Below, in pieces: positions 1 to 9,727 of a stretch of 64,000 nt of DNA (position 1 is the stretch's first letter; every line of letters begins with the position of its first letter). The notes under the pieces are model-generated. The model saw only the letters and a list, made by a program, of their open reading frames with translations. It was not told the origin of the DNA and did no database searches. A program made the translations under genes and the position numbers. Origin of the DNA: Polyangiaceae bacterium (GTDB taxonomy: Bacteria; Myxococcota_A; Polyangia; Polyangiales; Polyangiaceae); contig JBILLK010000006.1 in the NCBI GenBank assembly GCA_044376115.1, positions 224,001 to 288,000 on the forward strand, in the 5' to 3' direction.

Positions 1-31
1 GGGGTTTCTTCGTAACCGACGGGGCGCTCCG

Positions 32-886
32 TTGAGCGCCGTGCGAGGCTTTCGTGCGCCGCCCTCCGGACCGCCCGAAAAGCTGTCGAACTGGGATGGG
101 CCGCTCGAACAGGCGCTGCTTCTGTTCGTCGATCTCGAAATGACCGGCCTCTTGCCCGAGCAGGATCGCGTGATCGAGCTTTGTGCGGAGTTGGTGCGCG
201 GCGATGAGGTGCTCGCGCGGATCGATTCGCTGGTTCGGCCTGAGTGTGGTCGCTTTGGCAATGAACGCATCCACGGCATCAAGGCGGAGGACCTGTTGCC
301 GGCGCCCACCTTCGCGGAGGTGCTCTCGCAACTCGAGCCGCTGCTATCCCAGGCCGTTTTGGTCGCCCACGGAGCGGCCTTTGACGTGGTGTTCTTGCGC
401 AAGGAGGCGGAACGGGCCGGCCGGGCGCTGGAGCTGGCGACGTTCCTCGATACCTTGCCCGTTGCAAGGCGCGCCTTCCCGTTCCCGCGGCATGCCTTGT
501 CCGAGCTCGCCAAGACCCTCAGCCTGGGCAATGAGCGCTCGCATCGCGCAGCGGGGGACGTGGCGACCTTGAGGCGGCTTTTCAGCGCGCTATGTGCTCG
601 CCTCAAGCCGACTTGCCTCAGGGACCTGTTTGACGTGGGCATTCGGCCACGAGGACCGTCCCAAGCCATCGTGGAGGCGCTTCAGGCGTGTTTGAGCAGC
701 GGTTCTGCGGCAAAGATTACGTATCGGCGCACCGGTAAGCCCATCACCGAAGGGGTGCTCTCGGTGCAAAAGGTGGAGTCCGAACTCGACCCCCCGGTGG
801 TTCTTGGCTATTGGCTCCCAGGCCGCGGACGAATCCAGTTGCGGCTCGATCGAATCATTTCGGTTATCCCCTCGCAAGCTGGCTAG
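32..886 (+). CDS. DEDDh (DnaQ-like) 3'-5' exonuclease with C-terminal WYL-like domain
   Basis: ExoI VDLEMTG, ExoII VAHGAAFD, ExoIII HRAAGDV. C-terminal ITY...LGYW...RLDRI resembles WYL. TTG start uncertain. Confidence 0.8.
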   Translation: MSAVRGFRAPPSGPPEKLSNWDGPLEQALLLFVDLEMTGLLPEQDRVIELCAELVRGDEVLARIDSLVRPECGRFGNERIHGIKAEDLLPAPTFAEVLSQLEPLLSQAVLVAHGAAFDVVFLRKEAERAGRALELATFLDTLPVARRAFPFPRHALSELAKTLSLGNERSHRAAGDVATLRRLFSALCARLKPTCLRDLFDVGIRPRGPSQAIVEALQACLSSGSAAKITYRRTGKPITEGVLSVQKVESELDPPVVLGYWLPGRGRIQLRLDRIISVIPSQAG

Positions 887-906
887 AAGCGCGTCAGGAA
901 CTCAAC

Positions 907-2280
907 ATGGCTGCATCTTCCTACTCGTTCGGTTTCGGGCTCGCCCTCGCTGCTGCTATCGCTGCCTGCAATCCTGGGCCACCGAAGGCACCCGAACGAG
1001 ACCGCGCTGCAGAGCAGTTCTTCCGGCGGGCCGCTGAGGACTTTGACCAAGCGCGCATCGATGAAGCGCAAGACGCCATCGAGCGCGCGTTGGCGATTGC
1101 GCCAAACGACAGCGAGTTGCAGACCTTGGGCGGGCGCATTGCTTTGGCGCAGCTTCAATTCGACGAGTCGCTGCGGCTCTTGCACAACGTCCCCGGCTCC
1201 GAGGCGCAAGGGCTACGTGGGCGCGCGCACTGGTACCAAGGGGAGCTCGAGCCTGCGGCGCAAGAGTTCGAGGCGATGCTGAATGACCCAACGGTGCGCG
1301 ATGATTGGGCCCGCTCCGTGGCAGGTCTTGCGCGCAGCGGCGAGGGACGAACTCCGTACGCGATGTCGGGGGACCCTCGGGCCGTGCTCGATATGGCTCA
1401 GGTCAGCCTCTCGGCGCCGTACCTCGTCGTGGAGGTCGAGGTCGACGGCGAGGAAGGGCTCGCGCTGATCGCCACCAACGTCGAGGACATTCTGGTCGAG
1501 AGCAATACGCATCCGCAGCCGAGTTGGGCGTCCTTACGCTTCAAGTCGCCCCCGTCACCGCTCAACGGGCAGCGCTCTGTGGTCGAACTCAACGATGTAC
1601 CTGCTTTGCCGCAAGACCTGGCCGGCATCAGTCGCGAGGTGAACACGAACCTCAAAGCGTTGATCGGCGTCAATGTGTTGCGGCAGCTGAACGTGACCAT
1701 CGACTTCGCCGCTCGCCAATTCGTCGTGCGTCAGCAAGCGGCTCCCCCGCCGCCCGATTCGACGCGCTTGCGTGCGCTGTACTCGCGGGGAGGTGGGCTG
1801 ATGCTCGCCGCAGGGATCGGCGCGAGCGAGAACACGACGGGCACGTTCTTCGTCGACAGCACCAGCCGACACCCGCTCTCGATGGATGAGGTCGGGCTAA
1901 CCAAGGCCGGCATCAAGACCGCTGAGCTGACGGCGCTCGCTGCCGACCCGAGTTCCAAGCTGCGTCAAGGCGTCGTTCCCGTCGTTCGTTTGGGGGCCTT
2001 CGATCTCAAGAAAGTGCCGACGATCTTCGGCGGTCCGCTGACGGAGGTCGAGAAGCAGCTGCAGTTCGACGTAGACGGTGTGATCGGCGTGCCGCTCTTG
2101 GCGTTCTACCGCTTCACCTTCGCAGACAGTGGACGCGTGATCTACCTCGAGGACGACTCCGAGGTCAGGCGCATGGCCGCAGAAGAGGACGACTTCGGTT
2201 CGGTGCTCGCTCCTCCGCCGCAGAACTTAACGGCGCCCGAGGCTCCGGTCGCACCGATCACACCTGGAGTGGTTCCGTGA
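907..2280 (+). CDS. Lipoprotein with TPR region and two degenerate aspartyl-protease-like domains
   Basis: Lipobox IAAC, TPR-like helices (AIERALAIAPND), ALIGVNVL and DGVIGVPLL protease-fold motifs, AGGA RBS before ATG 907. Canonical DTG is absent. Confidence 0.6.
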   Translation: MAASSYSFGFGLALAAAIAACNPGPPKAPERDRAAEQFFRRAAEDFDQARIDEAQDAIERALAIAPNDSELQTLGGRIALAQLQFDESLRLLHNVPGSEAQGLRGRAHWYQGELEPAAQEFEAMLNDPTVRDDWARSVAGLARSGEGRTPYAMSGDPRAVLDMAQVSLSAPYLVVEVEVDGEEGLALIATNVEDILVESNTHPQPSWASLRFKSPPSPLNGQRSVVELNDVPALPQDLAGISREVNTNLKALIGVNVLRQLNVTIDFAARQFVVRQQAAPPPPDSTRLRALYSRGGGLMLAAGIGASENTTGTFFVDSTSRHPLSMDEVGLTKAGIKTAELTALAADPSSKLRQGVVPVVRLGAFDLKKVPTIFGGPLTEVEKQLQFDVDGVIGVPLLAFYRFTFADSGRVIYLEDDSEVRRMAAEEDDFGSVLAPPPQNLTAPEAPVAPITPGVVP

Positions 2281-2771
2281 GTAACGTTTCAAATCTGGCC
2301 GTCTACGCAGGTAGTTTCGACCCGGTGACGCTTGGCCACCTCGATCTGATCGAGCGAGCCGCCAAGCTGTTCGACGACGTCGTGGTGGCGATCGGCGTTC
2401 ATCCCACGCGCAAGCCGTTGTTCTCCTTCGAGGAGAGGTTGGCGCTGCTACTGGAGGTGGTGAAGCCCTTTCCCAACGTGCGAGTCGAGCGCTTCGACGG
2501 GCTGCTGATCCACTACTGCAAGGCGCTCGGTGCGCGCGTGATCGTGCGTGGCCTGCGAGCCGCCACAGACTTCGAGTACGAGCTGCAGATCGCCCACGCC
2601 AACGCCGACATGGAGCCGCAGATCGACACCGTCTTTTTGCCGACGCGGGCCAACTACGGCTTCGTCTCCGCAAGCCTGGTGCGTGAGATCGCAAGCCACG
2701 GTGGCAACGTAAGTCACTATGCGCCGGAAATCGTTTGCACGGCGCTTCGCAATAAGTTCCCTCGTCCGTAG
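2277..2771 (+). CDS. coaD: Pantetheine-phosphate adenylyltransferase
   Basis: AVYAGSFDPVTLGHLDLIER, VRGLRAATDFEYE, VSASLVREIA. GTGA overlap with the upstream gene. Confidence 0.97.
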   Translation: MSNVSNLAVYAGSFDPVTLGHLDLIERAAKLFDDVVVAIGVHPTRKPLFSFEERLALLLEVVKPFPNVRVERFDGLLIHYCKALGARVIVRGLRAATDFEYELQIAHANADMEPQIDTVFLPTRANYGFVSASLVREIASHGGNVSHYAPEIVCTALRNKFPRP

Positions 2772-2784
2772 CGCGCCGTTCGAC

Positions 2785-3780
2785 TCATTCGTACACGGCG
2801 AATGGGGTCGGCATGAACAGCAGCAAGAACAGGGCGAGGCACAGCCACGCAAGCGCTCGGCGCACAGGAGACAAGTGGTGGTCGTCCGTTGGCGGGTGGT
2901 TCACTCGCGTCCTGCGTTTCAGGAACAACAGGATGAAGAACCAAACCAGATAAAACGTCGAGTTTGAGACGGCCGTACCCAAGCTCGTCCCGAGCAAAAG
3001 CGCGGGCACGACGAACTTTGCGAGATTGTAGCCGAACACCAGCAGCAGCCCGTAGTGGATGAGGTTGGCGTAACGATCCTGGCGAGGGCCAAACAGCGAG
3101 TACGCGATGTGGCCGCCGTCGAGCTGGCCTACCGGAATGAGGTTGATCGCCGTCACGAACAAACCAGCCCAGCCTGCGAAGGCGGTTTGGTTCATGGTGA
3201 TGTCGGACCCATCGGGGATCGGCCCCAGCACCAGTCGCTTCATCAACCAATAAAAGAGGCTTTGGCCTTCGAGCGTGTACGGCAGCTCGCTGACGCTGAC
3301 GGGCGAGCTGCTCAGGCCGATCACCAGCACGGGCACGGTGACCAGCAGCCCGGCCAACGGGCCCGCCGCGCCGATGTCGAACAGCGCGTTGCGCGAGCGA
3401 ATGCGGTCGGGCATGGCGATCACGGCGCCCATCGTGCCGAAGGGCGTCAGGAACGGGACCGGAATGAAGTACGGCAAGGAGACCGCGACCTTGTGATAGC
3501 GAGCCGCTAGGTAGTGACCGAACTCGTGGAAGAGCAGGATCAGCAGCAGCGGGACAGCAAAACGCCACCCGCGCGGCAGCAGCGTAAGGAACGACTCGTC
3601 GGGCTTTCCGTCGTAGAGGCCGCCAGCGAGAAACATCGAGAGCGCGGTGGCTATGAACAGCGGGCCGGCCAAGCGAAAGTTGGGTCGGTGCTCGCTCGGG
3701 TCATCGTCCGACGAAGCTTCATCGGCTGGCTCTTCATCATCGAGCGAGCGTTGGTCGCGCATCTCCATCCTTGCCGGCAC
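2785..3780 (-). CDS. Site-2 protease (M50) family membrane metalloprotease
   Basis: HEFGH, AAGPLAG and NLIPVGQLDGGH motifs, several TM segments. Start uncertain. Confidence 0.92.
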   Translation of the reverse strand: MPARMEMRDQRSLDDEEPADEASSDDDPSEHRPNFRLAGPLFIATALSMFLAGGLYDGKPDESFLTLLPRGWRFAVPLLLILLFHEFGHYLAARYHKVAVSLPYFIPVPFLTPFGTMGAVIAMPDRIRSRNALFDIGAAGPLAGLLVTVPVLVIGLSSSPVSVSELPYTLEGQSLFYWLMKRLVLGPIPDGSDITMNQTAFAGWAGLFVTAINLIPVGQLDGGHIAYSLFGPRQDRYANLIHYGLLLVFGYNLAKFVVPALLLGTSLGTAVSNSTFYLVWFFILLFLKRRTRVNHPPTDDHHLSPVRRALAWLCLALFLLLFMPTPFAVYE

Positions 3781-3832
3781 ACGGTTCTGTGGCCGTTCGT
3801 TCGTGTCAACTGTGGAGCGTTCGCGCTAGAAA

Positions 3833-4801
3833 GTGCAGATGGTTCGCGGTCGTTTTGCCCCGTCGCCTACCGGGGCGCTTCACCTCGGCGGGCTCGCCAC
3901 AGCGCTCTTCGCTTACGCCAGCGCACGCAAGGCGCAGGGGCGTTGCGTGCTGCGCGTGGAGGATTTGGACGGACCGCGGATGGTTCCGGGGGCCCTCGCG
4001 GAGCAACTCGACGATCTTGCGTGGCTCGGTTTGCGCTTCGATGAAGGGCCCGACGCTGGGGACTACGGTCCCTACGTGCAATCCCAACGCGTCGAACTGT
4101 ATCAAGCGGTCGTGACGCACCTCGCCGAGCGTGGACGGGTCTACCCGTGTGACTGCTCACGCAAAGAGCTTCGCGCAGGTCAGCCCGATCTTCCGACCGT
4201 GGTCGCGGCGCCGCACCTCGGTGAGGAGGGAGCTCCCTACGTGGGGACCTGCCGTCCGCGGGGCAATAGGCCGAAGGACTCGTTTCGACGTCCTCCGGCG
4301 TTGCGGCTGGTCACCTCGCACGAGCCAACACGCTACGTGGATGCACTGCGCGGTGAGCTCGAAGAGGACGTCGCTGAGCTGGTTGGCGACTTCATTTTAT
4401 GCCGTGGAGACGGCGTTTTTGCGTATCAGCTCGCCGTATCGGTCGATGACGCGGCGATGGCGATCAGCGAGGTCGTACGCGGCTCTGACTTGCGGTCATC
4501 GGCCGCTCGGCAGGCCTACCTGATTCGCCTGCTTGGTGGAGTCCCGCCGAGCTACCTCCACGTCCCTGTTCTGGTTGGGGCCGATGGCGCAAAGCTCTCC
4601 AAACGTGACGGCGGGAGCAGCGTGCGCAGCTACCGCGATGCAGGCGTCGCACCCGAGCGGTTGATCGGTGTGCTCGCGCAAGCCTACGGTCAGCCCGTTG
4701 CGAATGATTGTTCGCTCGAGCGGCTGGTGTCTGCCTTTGACCCACGCCTGTTTCCCGAGGAGCATGTGCCACTGTCGCGGATTCGCGAAGCTCTGTCGTA
4801 A
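3833..4801 (+). CDS. gluQ: tRNA glutamyl-Q(34) synthetase GluQRS
   Basis: GRFAPSPTGALHLG, YPCDCSRK...Y..TCR zinc motif, YQLAVSVDD, VVRGSDL, KLSKR. Short, lacks the anticodon domain. Confidence 0.9.
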   Translation: MQMVRGRFAPSPTGALHLGGLATALFAYASARKAQGRCVLRVEDLDGPRMVPGALAEQLDDLAWLGLRFDEGPDAGDYGPYVQSQRVELYQAVVTHLAERGRVYPCDCSRKELRAGQPDLPTVVAAPHLGEEGAPYVGTCRPRGNRPKDSFRRPPALRLVTSHEPTRYVDALRGELEEDVAELVGDFILCRGDGVFAYQLAVSVDDAAMAISEVVRGSDLRSSAARQAYLIRLLGGVPPSYLHVPVLVGADGAKLSKRDGGSSVRSYRDAGVAPERLIGVLAQAYGQPVANDCSLERLVSAFDPRLFPEEHVPLSRIREALS

Positions 4802-4809
4802 CGAGTACC

Positions 4810-5685
4810 ATGCGCCCGGTGGCGCGCTTTGTCCCAGATTCGCTGATCGGCCGAGAGTTGCCGGGAACGAGCGCGAGCTATCGTCTCGTGCACTACATCT
4901 CGAGCGGTGGCATCGCCCACATCTACCTGGCTCAGTCGCAAGGGCAGCAGCTGGTGATCAAGCTGCTCCGTCCTGAGCTCGCCGCGAACGTTGAGGTGGT
5001 CGAGCGGTTTCAGCGCGAGGCTCGTCTCGCGCGGCGGGTGCACAGCGAGGGCGTCGTTCGAGTGGTTGAGGAGGTGATGGAATACGCCTCCTACGTATTC
5101 TTCGTCTCCGAGCATTTGACTGGGGTGGACGTTGCGGATCTGCTCGGCGCCCGCAAGCGCATTGCTCCCGCGCGGGCCCTTCGCATCTCGCTTGGAGCGG
5201 CTTTGGGGCTTGCCGCCGCCCATCAGGTTGGCATCGTTCACCGCGATGTGAAGCCCGAGAACCTATTCCTGGTTCACCTCCCGGACGGTCGCGAGTTGGT
5301 CAAGGTGCTGGATTTCGGCATGGCGCTCGACCTTGGCTCGACGTCCCGAACCGAGGGGGGCTTTGTCGGCACGCCAGGGTACGCGAGCCCGGAGCAAAGC
5401 CACGGCGCTGTTCCTCATCCCACCGCTGACGTTTACAGCCTTGGGGTGGTCCTCTACGAGATGCTCGCGGGAGCCCCGCCTTTTTCAGCTAGAAGCTGGG
5501 TGGACCTGCTCTCGTTGCATGCGCTTTCTCCGCCTCCGACCATCCCCGGATTGCCAGCGTCGCTTGAGGAAGTGCTGCAAAAGGCCTTGATGAAACGGCC
5601 CTCTGAACGGTTTGCCTCGATGGAGGCCTTCATTGCTGCAAAGAAGGAGGTCCTGGCGGGACTTTCTGCGCCCCGCACCGGTTGA
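4810..5685 (+). CDS. Hanks-type Ser/Thr protein kinase (kinase domain only)
   Basis: VIKLL, HRDVKPEN, DFG, GTPGYASPEQ, DVYSLG. Confidence 0.92.
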   Translation: MRPVARFVPDSLIGRELPGTSASYRLVHYISSGGIAHIYLAQSQGQQLVIKLLRPELAANVEVVERFQREARLARRVHSEGVVRVVEEVMEYASYVFFVSEHLTGVDVADLLGARKRIAPARALRISLGAALGLAAAHQVGIVHRDVKPENLFLVHLPDGRELVKVLDFGMALDLGSTSRTEGGFVGTPGYASPEQSHGAVPHPTADVYSLGVVLYEMLAGAPPFSARSWVDLLSLHALSPPPTIPGLPASLEEVLQKALMKRPSERFASMEAFIAAKKEVLAGLSAPRTG

Positions 5686-5827
5686 GCTTTGCCGCTCGGC
5701 GCACCTCTGCTATTCCGAGCAGGTTCCACACGAGTGGACGTTATCTCCCCCGAGGCATGACCTTTCGCTCGCACCCTCTGCGAGGCCGAAGCAGTCATCC
5801 CTTTTGGGTCCCTTCGGGGACGGTGTC

Positions 5828-7537
5828 ATGAAACGGAAGTCGGTTCGATCGCGTGATGAAGAAACGCCTCTCACAGAGGAGGCGGGTCCGTCACCAACAA
5901 CTCCCTCGCTTGAACCTGCCGATAGTCTCGAGTCGGCTGCGGAAGCGCGTCCGTCCCCCGAGCGGCGTTCACGGAAATCGCGTTCCACCCGAACCACGAC
6001 CGATTTTGTCCGCTCCGCCGACGGCACCGCTGAAGTCCCAGTCGAGCGCCCGGTGCGCTCTTGGAGCGACCAAGCGTTCGCCACGCCTGCCGCTGAAGCA
6101 CCCGTAGTTGACGCCCCGCGTCCCCGCTCCCAGCCGCCCACTCCGCGCGGACGTCGCGAGCGCGTCCCCGCAGTCGTCGAATCGGGCGATGACGCCGCAA
6201 TGCCGGGCTTTCGCTTCACTGAAACCCCCTCCGCCGTGGTTTCCCAGGAGCCGGCCCATGGCGAGCATTCGGCCCACCCTGCGCGTCGCGTCGCCGTTCC
6301 GCTCGATGAAGACAAGATCGATCAGGACGTGCAGAAGGTCATTCGGCGCCTGACGCGTAGCGGCTACGAGGCGTACCTCGTCGGTGGCTGCGTTCGGGAC
6401 TTGTTGCTCGATCGCCGGCCCAAGGATTTCGACGTGGCAACGTCCGCGCGGCCGGAAGAAGTGCGCGCGCTGTTCCGCAACTCGCAGGTCATCGGGCGGC
6501 GCTTCCGCCTGGTTCACGTGCGCTTCCACGGCGGCAAAGTGATCGAAGTGGCGACCTTCCGCCGCAAGCCGGTGATCGAAACCAACGAAGACGGTGAGGG
6601 CGGCATGATTCGCTCGGACAACGTTTTCGGTGAAGCGCATGAAGATGCGCTGCGCAGAGACTTTACGATCAATGCGCTGTTTTACGATCTGGACCGTCGA
6701 GAGATCCTTGATTGGGTGGGCGGGCTGGAGGACATCGAGCGTCGGGTGGTCAACACCATCGGTGATCCGGTGGTCCGCTTCCGAGAAGATCCGGTTCGTA
6801 TCTTGCGTGCCCTCAAGTTCGCCGGCCGTCTGGATCTCGGCATTGCGCCGCATGTCTACGATGCGATCGTCTTCTGCCGAGGCACCCTGGAGTTGGCTGC
6901 GCGCGCTCGCGTCGCCGAAGAGGTGCTCCGCTTGCTGCGCGGTGGTCGCGCCCGTCGCACCATTTTCTTAGCCTGGGAGACGGGCGTGCTCGAGCTGCTG
7001 CTGCCCGAGCTGGCCGCCATCCTTTACGATTCGTTCGCCTTTGAGGGGGATCCCGCTGAGTCGGCCGCTCACCGCATCTTCCGCTTGCTCGAGTACATCG
7101 ACAACGCGACCGAGACGCGCAGTGCGCTCGAGGACACGGTGCTCTGGACCTTGTTGCTCCTGGAGCCTTTGAAAGAGGCCGCGGACGGCTCGTCGGATCC
7201 CAGCGGCGCCGCCATCGACTTGCTCGAGCCGATGATGGACCGCTTGGCGATTCCGCGCCGTTTCTCTGACGGCATGCGTCGCATCTTGCAGGCCCTCCCG
7301 AGGATCTTGGCGGGCAAAGTGAGTCGCTTTGCGAAGTCGGAGTTGTTCGGGGCTTCGCTCGACGTAGCAGAAGCCGACCTGTACGCGCGCAATCGGCCGA
7401 CCGAGGCGATCGCGCGCCAACGTCAAATGCTCCATTCCACCACCAGCGAGCCCGCTGGAACCCACGCCGAGCCAGCTCCTCACGGTGCTGCGCGGTTGCG
7501 TCCGCGTCGCCGCGTCCGCGCCCCGCGGGTGCTGTGA
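5828..7537 (+). CDS. pcnB: Poly(A) polymerase I with long disordered N-terminus
   Basis: AYLVGGCVRDLL, KDFDVAT, PAP signature IGRRFRLVHV, RRDFTINAL, EDPVRILRA. ORF is open from 5612, ATG 5828 chosen. Confidence 0.9.
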   Translation: MKRKSVRSRDEETPLTEEAGPSPTTPSLEPADSLESAAEARPSPERRSRKSRSTRTTTDFVRSADGTAEVPVERPVRSWSDQAFATPAAEAPVVDAPRPRSQPPTPRGRRERVPAVVESGDDAAMPGFRFTETPSAVVSQEPAHGEHSAHPARRVAVPLDEDKIDQDVQKVIRRLTRSGYEAYLVGGCVRDLLLDRRPKDFDVATSARPEEVRALFRNSQVIGRRFRLVHVRFHGGKVIEVATFRRKPVIETNEDGEGGMIRSDNVFGEAHEDALRRDFTINALFYDLDRREILDWVGGLEDIERRVVNTIGDPVVRFREDPVRILRALKFAGRLDLGIAPHVYDAIVFCRGTLELAARARVAEEVLRLLRGGRARRTIFLAWETGVLELLLPELAAILYDSFAFEGDPAESAAHRIFRLLEYIDNATETRSALEDTVLWTLLLLEPLKEAADGSSDPSGAAIDLLEPMMDRLAIPRRFSDGMRRILQALPRILAGKVSRFAKSELFGASLDVAEADLYARNRPTEAIARQRQMLHSTTSEPAGTHAEPAPHGAARLRPRRRVRAPRVL

Positions 7538-7541
7538 CGGC

Positions 7542-7877
7542 ATGCGTGATGACGTCCCGGAGGACTGTCGATCCTGCGGGGCGTGCTGCTTCGGGACCCC
7601 GAGCCACGTGCGCGTTTGGGGCGTGGATTATGCCCGGCTCGGTGATTCGGCCGAGTCGATGGTCCGCTGGACCGCGGACAAGGCGTTCTTGAGGGTCGTG
7701 GAAACGCGCTGCGAGCAGCTCGTTCGGGGACCCGAGGGCGTTGCTTGCTCCATCTACGAGCAGCGACCCGACGCCTGTCGAGATTTTGTTCGGGGGTCAG
7801 CCGCCTGCGAGGCCGAATTGGATCGCAAGAACCCCAAGGCATTGGCCTTTTTGCGACAGGCTGTCGTGGACTCATGA
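7542..7877 (+). CDS. YkgJ-family cysteine cluster protein
   Basis: CRSCGACC and CSIYEQRPDACR motifs. Confidence 0.85.
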   Translation: MRDDVPEDCRSCGACCFGTPSHVRVWGVDYARLGDSAESMVRWTADKAFLRVVETRCEQLVRGPEGVACSIYEQRPDACRDFVRGSAACEAELDRKNPKALAFLRQAVVDS

Positions 7878-7973
7878 ATCATCTCCGCCTGAGGCGGAGC
7901 AGCGCCGAGACCGATGTCGAGTCGGACGAGGAGCTTGTGTGCTAGGACGTTCGACTCGGCAAAGGAAGGTCTC

Positions 7974-8159
7974 ATGGGTAACGAAGGTTTCATGAAGCGC
8001 CAGAAGGAGCGCCAGCGCGCTGATAAACAGAAGGAGAAGGCGCAGAAACGTGCTGAGCGCGCCCGCGACGCCACGCGCCGCCCGGACGGTGAGGCAGGGG
8101 TGGACCCTGATCTCGTCGGCATCGTTCCCGGTCCGCAGCCGGTGGTTGAAGATCCCTAG
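7974..8159 (+). CDS. Small charged hypothetical protein
   Basis: AAGGAAGG RBS, Lys/Arg/Glu-rich helix followed by DPDLVGIVPGPQP. Confidence 0.65.
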   Translation: MGNEGFMKRQKERQRADKQKEKAQKRAERARDATRRPDGEAGVDPDLVGIVPGPQPVVEDP

Positions 8160-8171
8160 CGGCCTTTTGCA

Positions 8172-8224
8172 GAGGACCGTCGAGGTTGTGAGCGCGTGAG
8201 CCCTGACCTCGAGGCCCGGTCCTC
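8172..8224 (+). terminator. Imperfect stem-loop after the small ORF
   Basis: GAGGACCG/CGGTCCTC outer arms and TCGAGGT/ACCTCGA inner arms. No U-tract. Confidence 0.35.
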
Positions 8225-8279
8225 GTTAACCAGGGTTCACAGCGGCGTTCAATTCTCGGGCAGAACGGCCTGTCTGTGT

Positions 8280-8295
8280 TGGCGCACCGCGTGCT
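8280..8295 (+). promoter_or_regulatory. Putative sigma-54 (-24/-12) promoter
   Basis: TGGCGC-ACCGC-GTGCT with GG at 8281-82 and GC at 8293-94, correct spacing. Confidence 0.5.
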
Positions 8296-8306
8296 AAGTG
8301 CACGGC

Positions 8307-9134
8307 ATGAAGACCCCGTCCGTTTTCGTACTGCTTGGTCTCGTGACGATTGCTGGTTCGGGCTGCATCATCATCGACGACGACGACTGCGACGGGTTCG
8401 GAGAGTGCAGTAACCCGACCGGGGGAACCTCCGCTGGTGCTGGCGGGACTGGTGGCTCAGCGGGGGGCGCCGGTGGGGAAGGTGGCGCCGGCGGGGAAGG
8501 CGGCGTTGGTGGGCAAGGCGGTGGTGCTCCTGCTTGTGATCCAGCCGTCGTGCTGTGTCCCTGCGGTGAAGACGGTGCTTGCGCAGAGGGCCTCGCCTGC
8601 ATCGAAGGCAACTGCGCGATCCCCTGCAACTTCGATTTCGAATGTCAGTCGCAGGAGGTTTGCGCGGCCGGGCAGTGCGTACTCGCTTGCGGTCCGGATG
8701 CAGCTTGCCCGGCGCACTTCGATTGTGTGGGGACAGCGTGTTTGCCCGACCCAGACTCGTTCGAGTGCAAGCAAGGTGCTGATTGCGAAACGGGCTATTG
8801 CGTCAACGGAGACTGCACTTCGCCCTGCGCCTTGAACGCAGATTGCCCTGCCGGGGAGGTCTGTGAGATCGCGAGTGGCACCTGCATCGACGACACCTCG
8901 CCGACTCCTTCGTGCTCCGCGGAAGAGCCTTGCGCGGGCGACGGCCAGGATTGCCTCGAGGGCGTTTGCCGCTACGGCTGTGACAGTCTCGAGGCCTGCA
9001 AGCTGATTGATGGTCGCTTCGACGCTTGCGACGCGGGCGTATGCAAAACGCAGGAGGAGGTTGCTCCGCAGTGCACCTTCTCCGAGCCGTGCGCTTCGGG
9101 GGCGCTCTGCATCTCGAACGTTTGTATCGAGTGA
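8307..9134 (+). CDS. Cys-rich lipoprotein with Gly linker
   Basis: Lipobox GSGC, Gly-rich spacer, repeated C-x4/5-C-x5-C-x4-C modules. Confidence 0.8.
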   Translation: MKTPSVFVLLGLVTIAGSGCIIIDDDDCDGFGECSNPTGGTSAGAGGTGGSAGGAGGEGGAGGEGGVGGQGGGAPACDPAVVLCPCGEDGACAEGLACIEGNCAIPCNFDFECQSQEVCAAGQCVLACGPDAACPAHFDCVGTACLPDPDSFECKQGADCETGYCVNGDCTSPCALNADCPAGEVCEIASGTCIDDTSPTPSCSAEEPCAGDGQDCLEGVCRYGCDSLEACKLIDGRFDACDAGVCKTQEEVAPQCTFSEPCASGALCISNVCIE

Positions 9135-9190
9135 CGCGCGCGGTTCGCCGGCGGTTGACCCAGACAACGAGGCTCGATAAGTCATGCCTC

Positions 9191-9718
9191 ATGAGCTGGC
9201 TTCGCACAGGGCCTTTCGTTGCTCTCATGAGCTGTGTCCTGCTGACCGTAGCCACCCCCTCCGCCTTCGCCGAGGGCGGCGTGGCGGTGGTGGACCTTCA
9301 GGGCGCCGTGATGCAAACCGAGGAAGGTCTGAAGGCGCAGGCGCAGTTGAAAAAGCTGCTGGATCGGCGCCAGATCGATCTCGATGCGAAGCAGACGTCG
9401 CTGGCGCGAACCCGCGCAGATATCGAGAGGCAGTCGCGAATCCTGTCGCGCGACGCTTTGACGCGGCGGATGGAGTGGTGGCAACGCGAGATGCTCACGT
9501 TGCAAGGCTCCTTCGTTGACTACAACAAGGAGCTCGAGAAGCGTCAGACCGAGCTGACTGGGCCGATCATTCAACGGATGATCGCCATCATCACCAAGCT
9601 CGCACGGCAAAACGGCTACGACCTGGTGATCGATAAGCGCGCCGCACCGTACTCGCGCTCCGACTTGGACCTCACCGACCGCGTCGTGCAGATGTACAAC
9701 GCCGGGGATTCCGGCTAG
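9191..9718 (+). CDS. skp: OmpH/Skp periplasmic chaperone
   Basis: Signal peptide, VAVVDLQ, coiled coil, GYDLVID, DLTDRVV. Confidence 0.9.
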   Translation: MSWLRTGPFVALMSCVLLTVATPSAFAEGGVAVVDLQGAVMQTEEGLKAQAQLKKLLDRRQIDLDAKQTSLARTRADIERQSRILSRDALTRRMEWWQREMLTLQGSFVDYNKELEKRQTELTGPIIQRMIAIITKLARQNGYDLVIDKRAAPYSRSDLDLTDRVVQMYNAGDSG

Positions 9719-9727
9719 AAACGCGGC

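Noticed and set aside
3833..4801. gltX (glutamyl-tRNA synthetase)
   Set aside because: Too short and lacks the anticodon-binding domain, so it fits GluQ.
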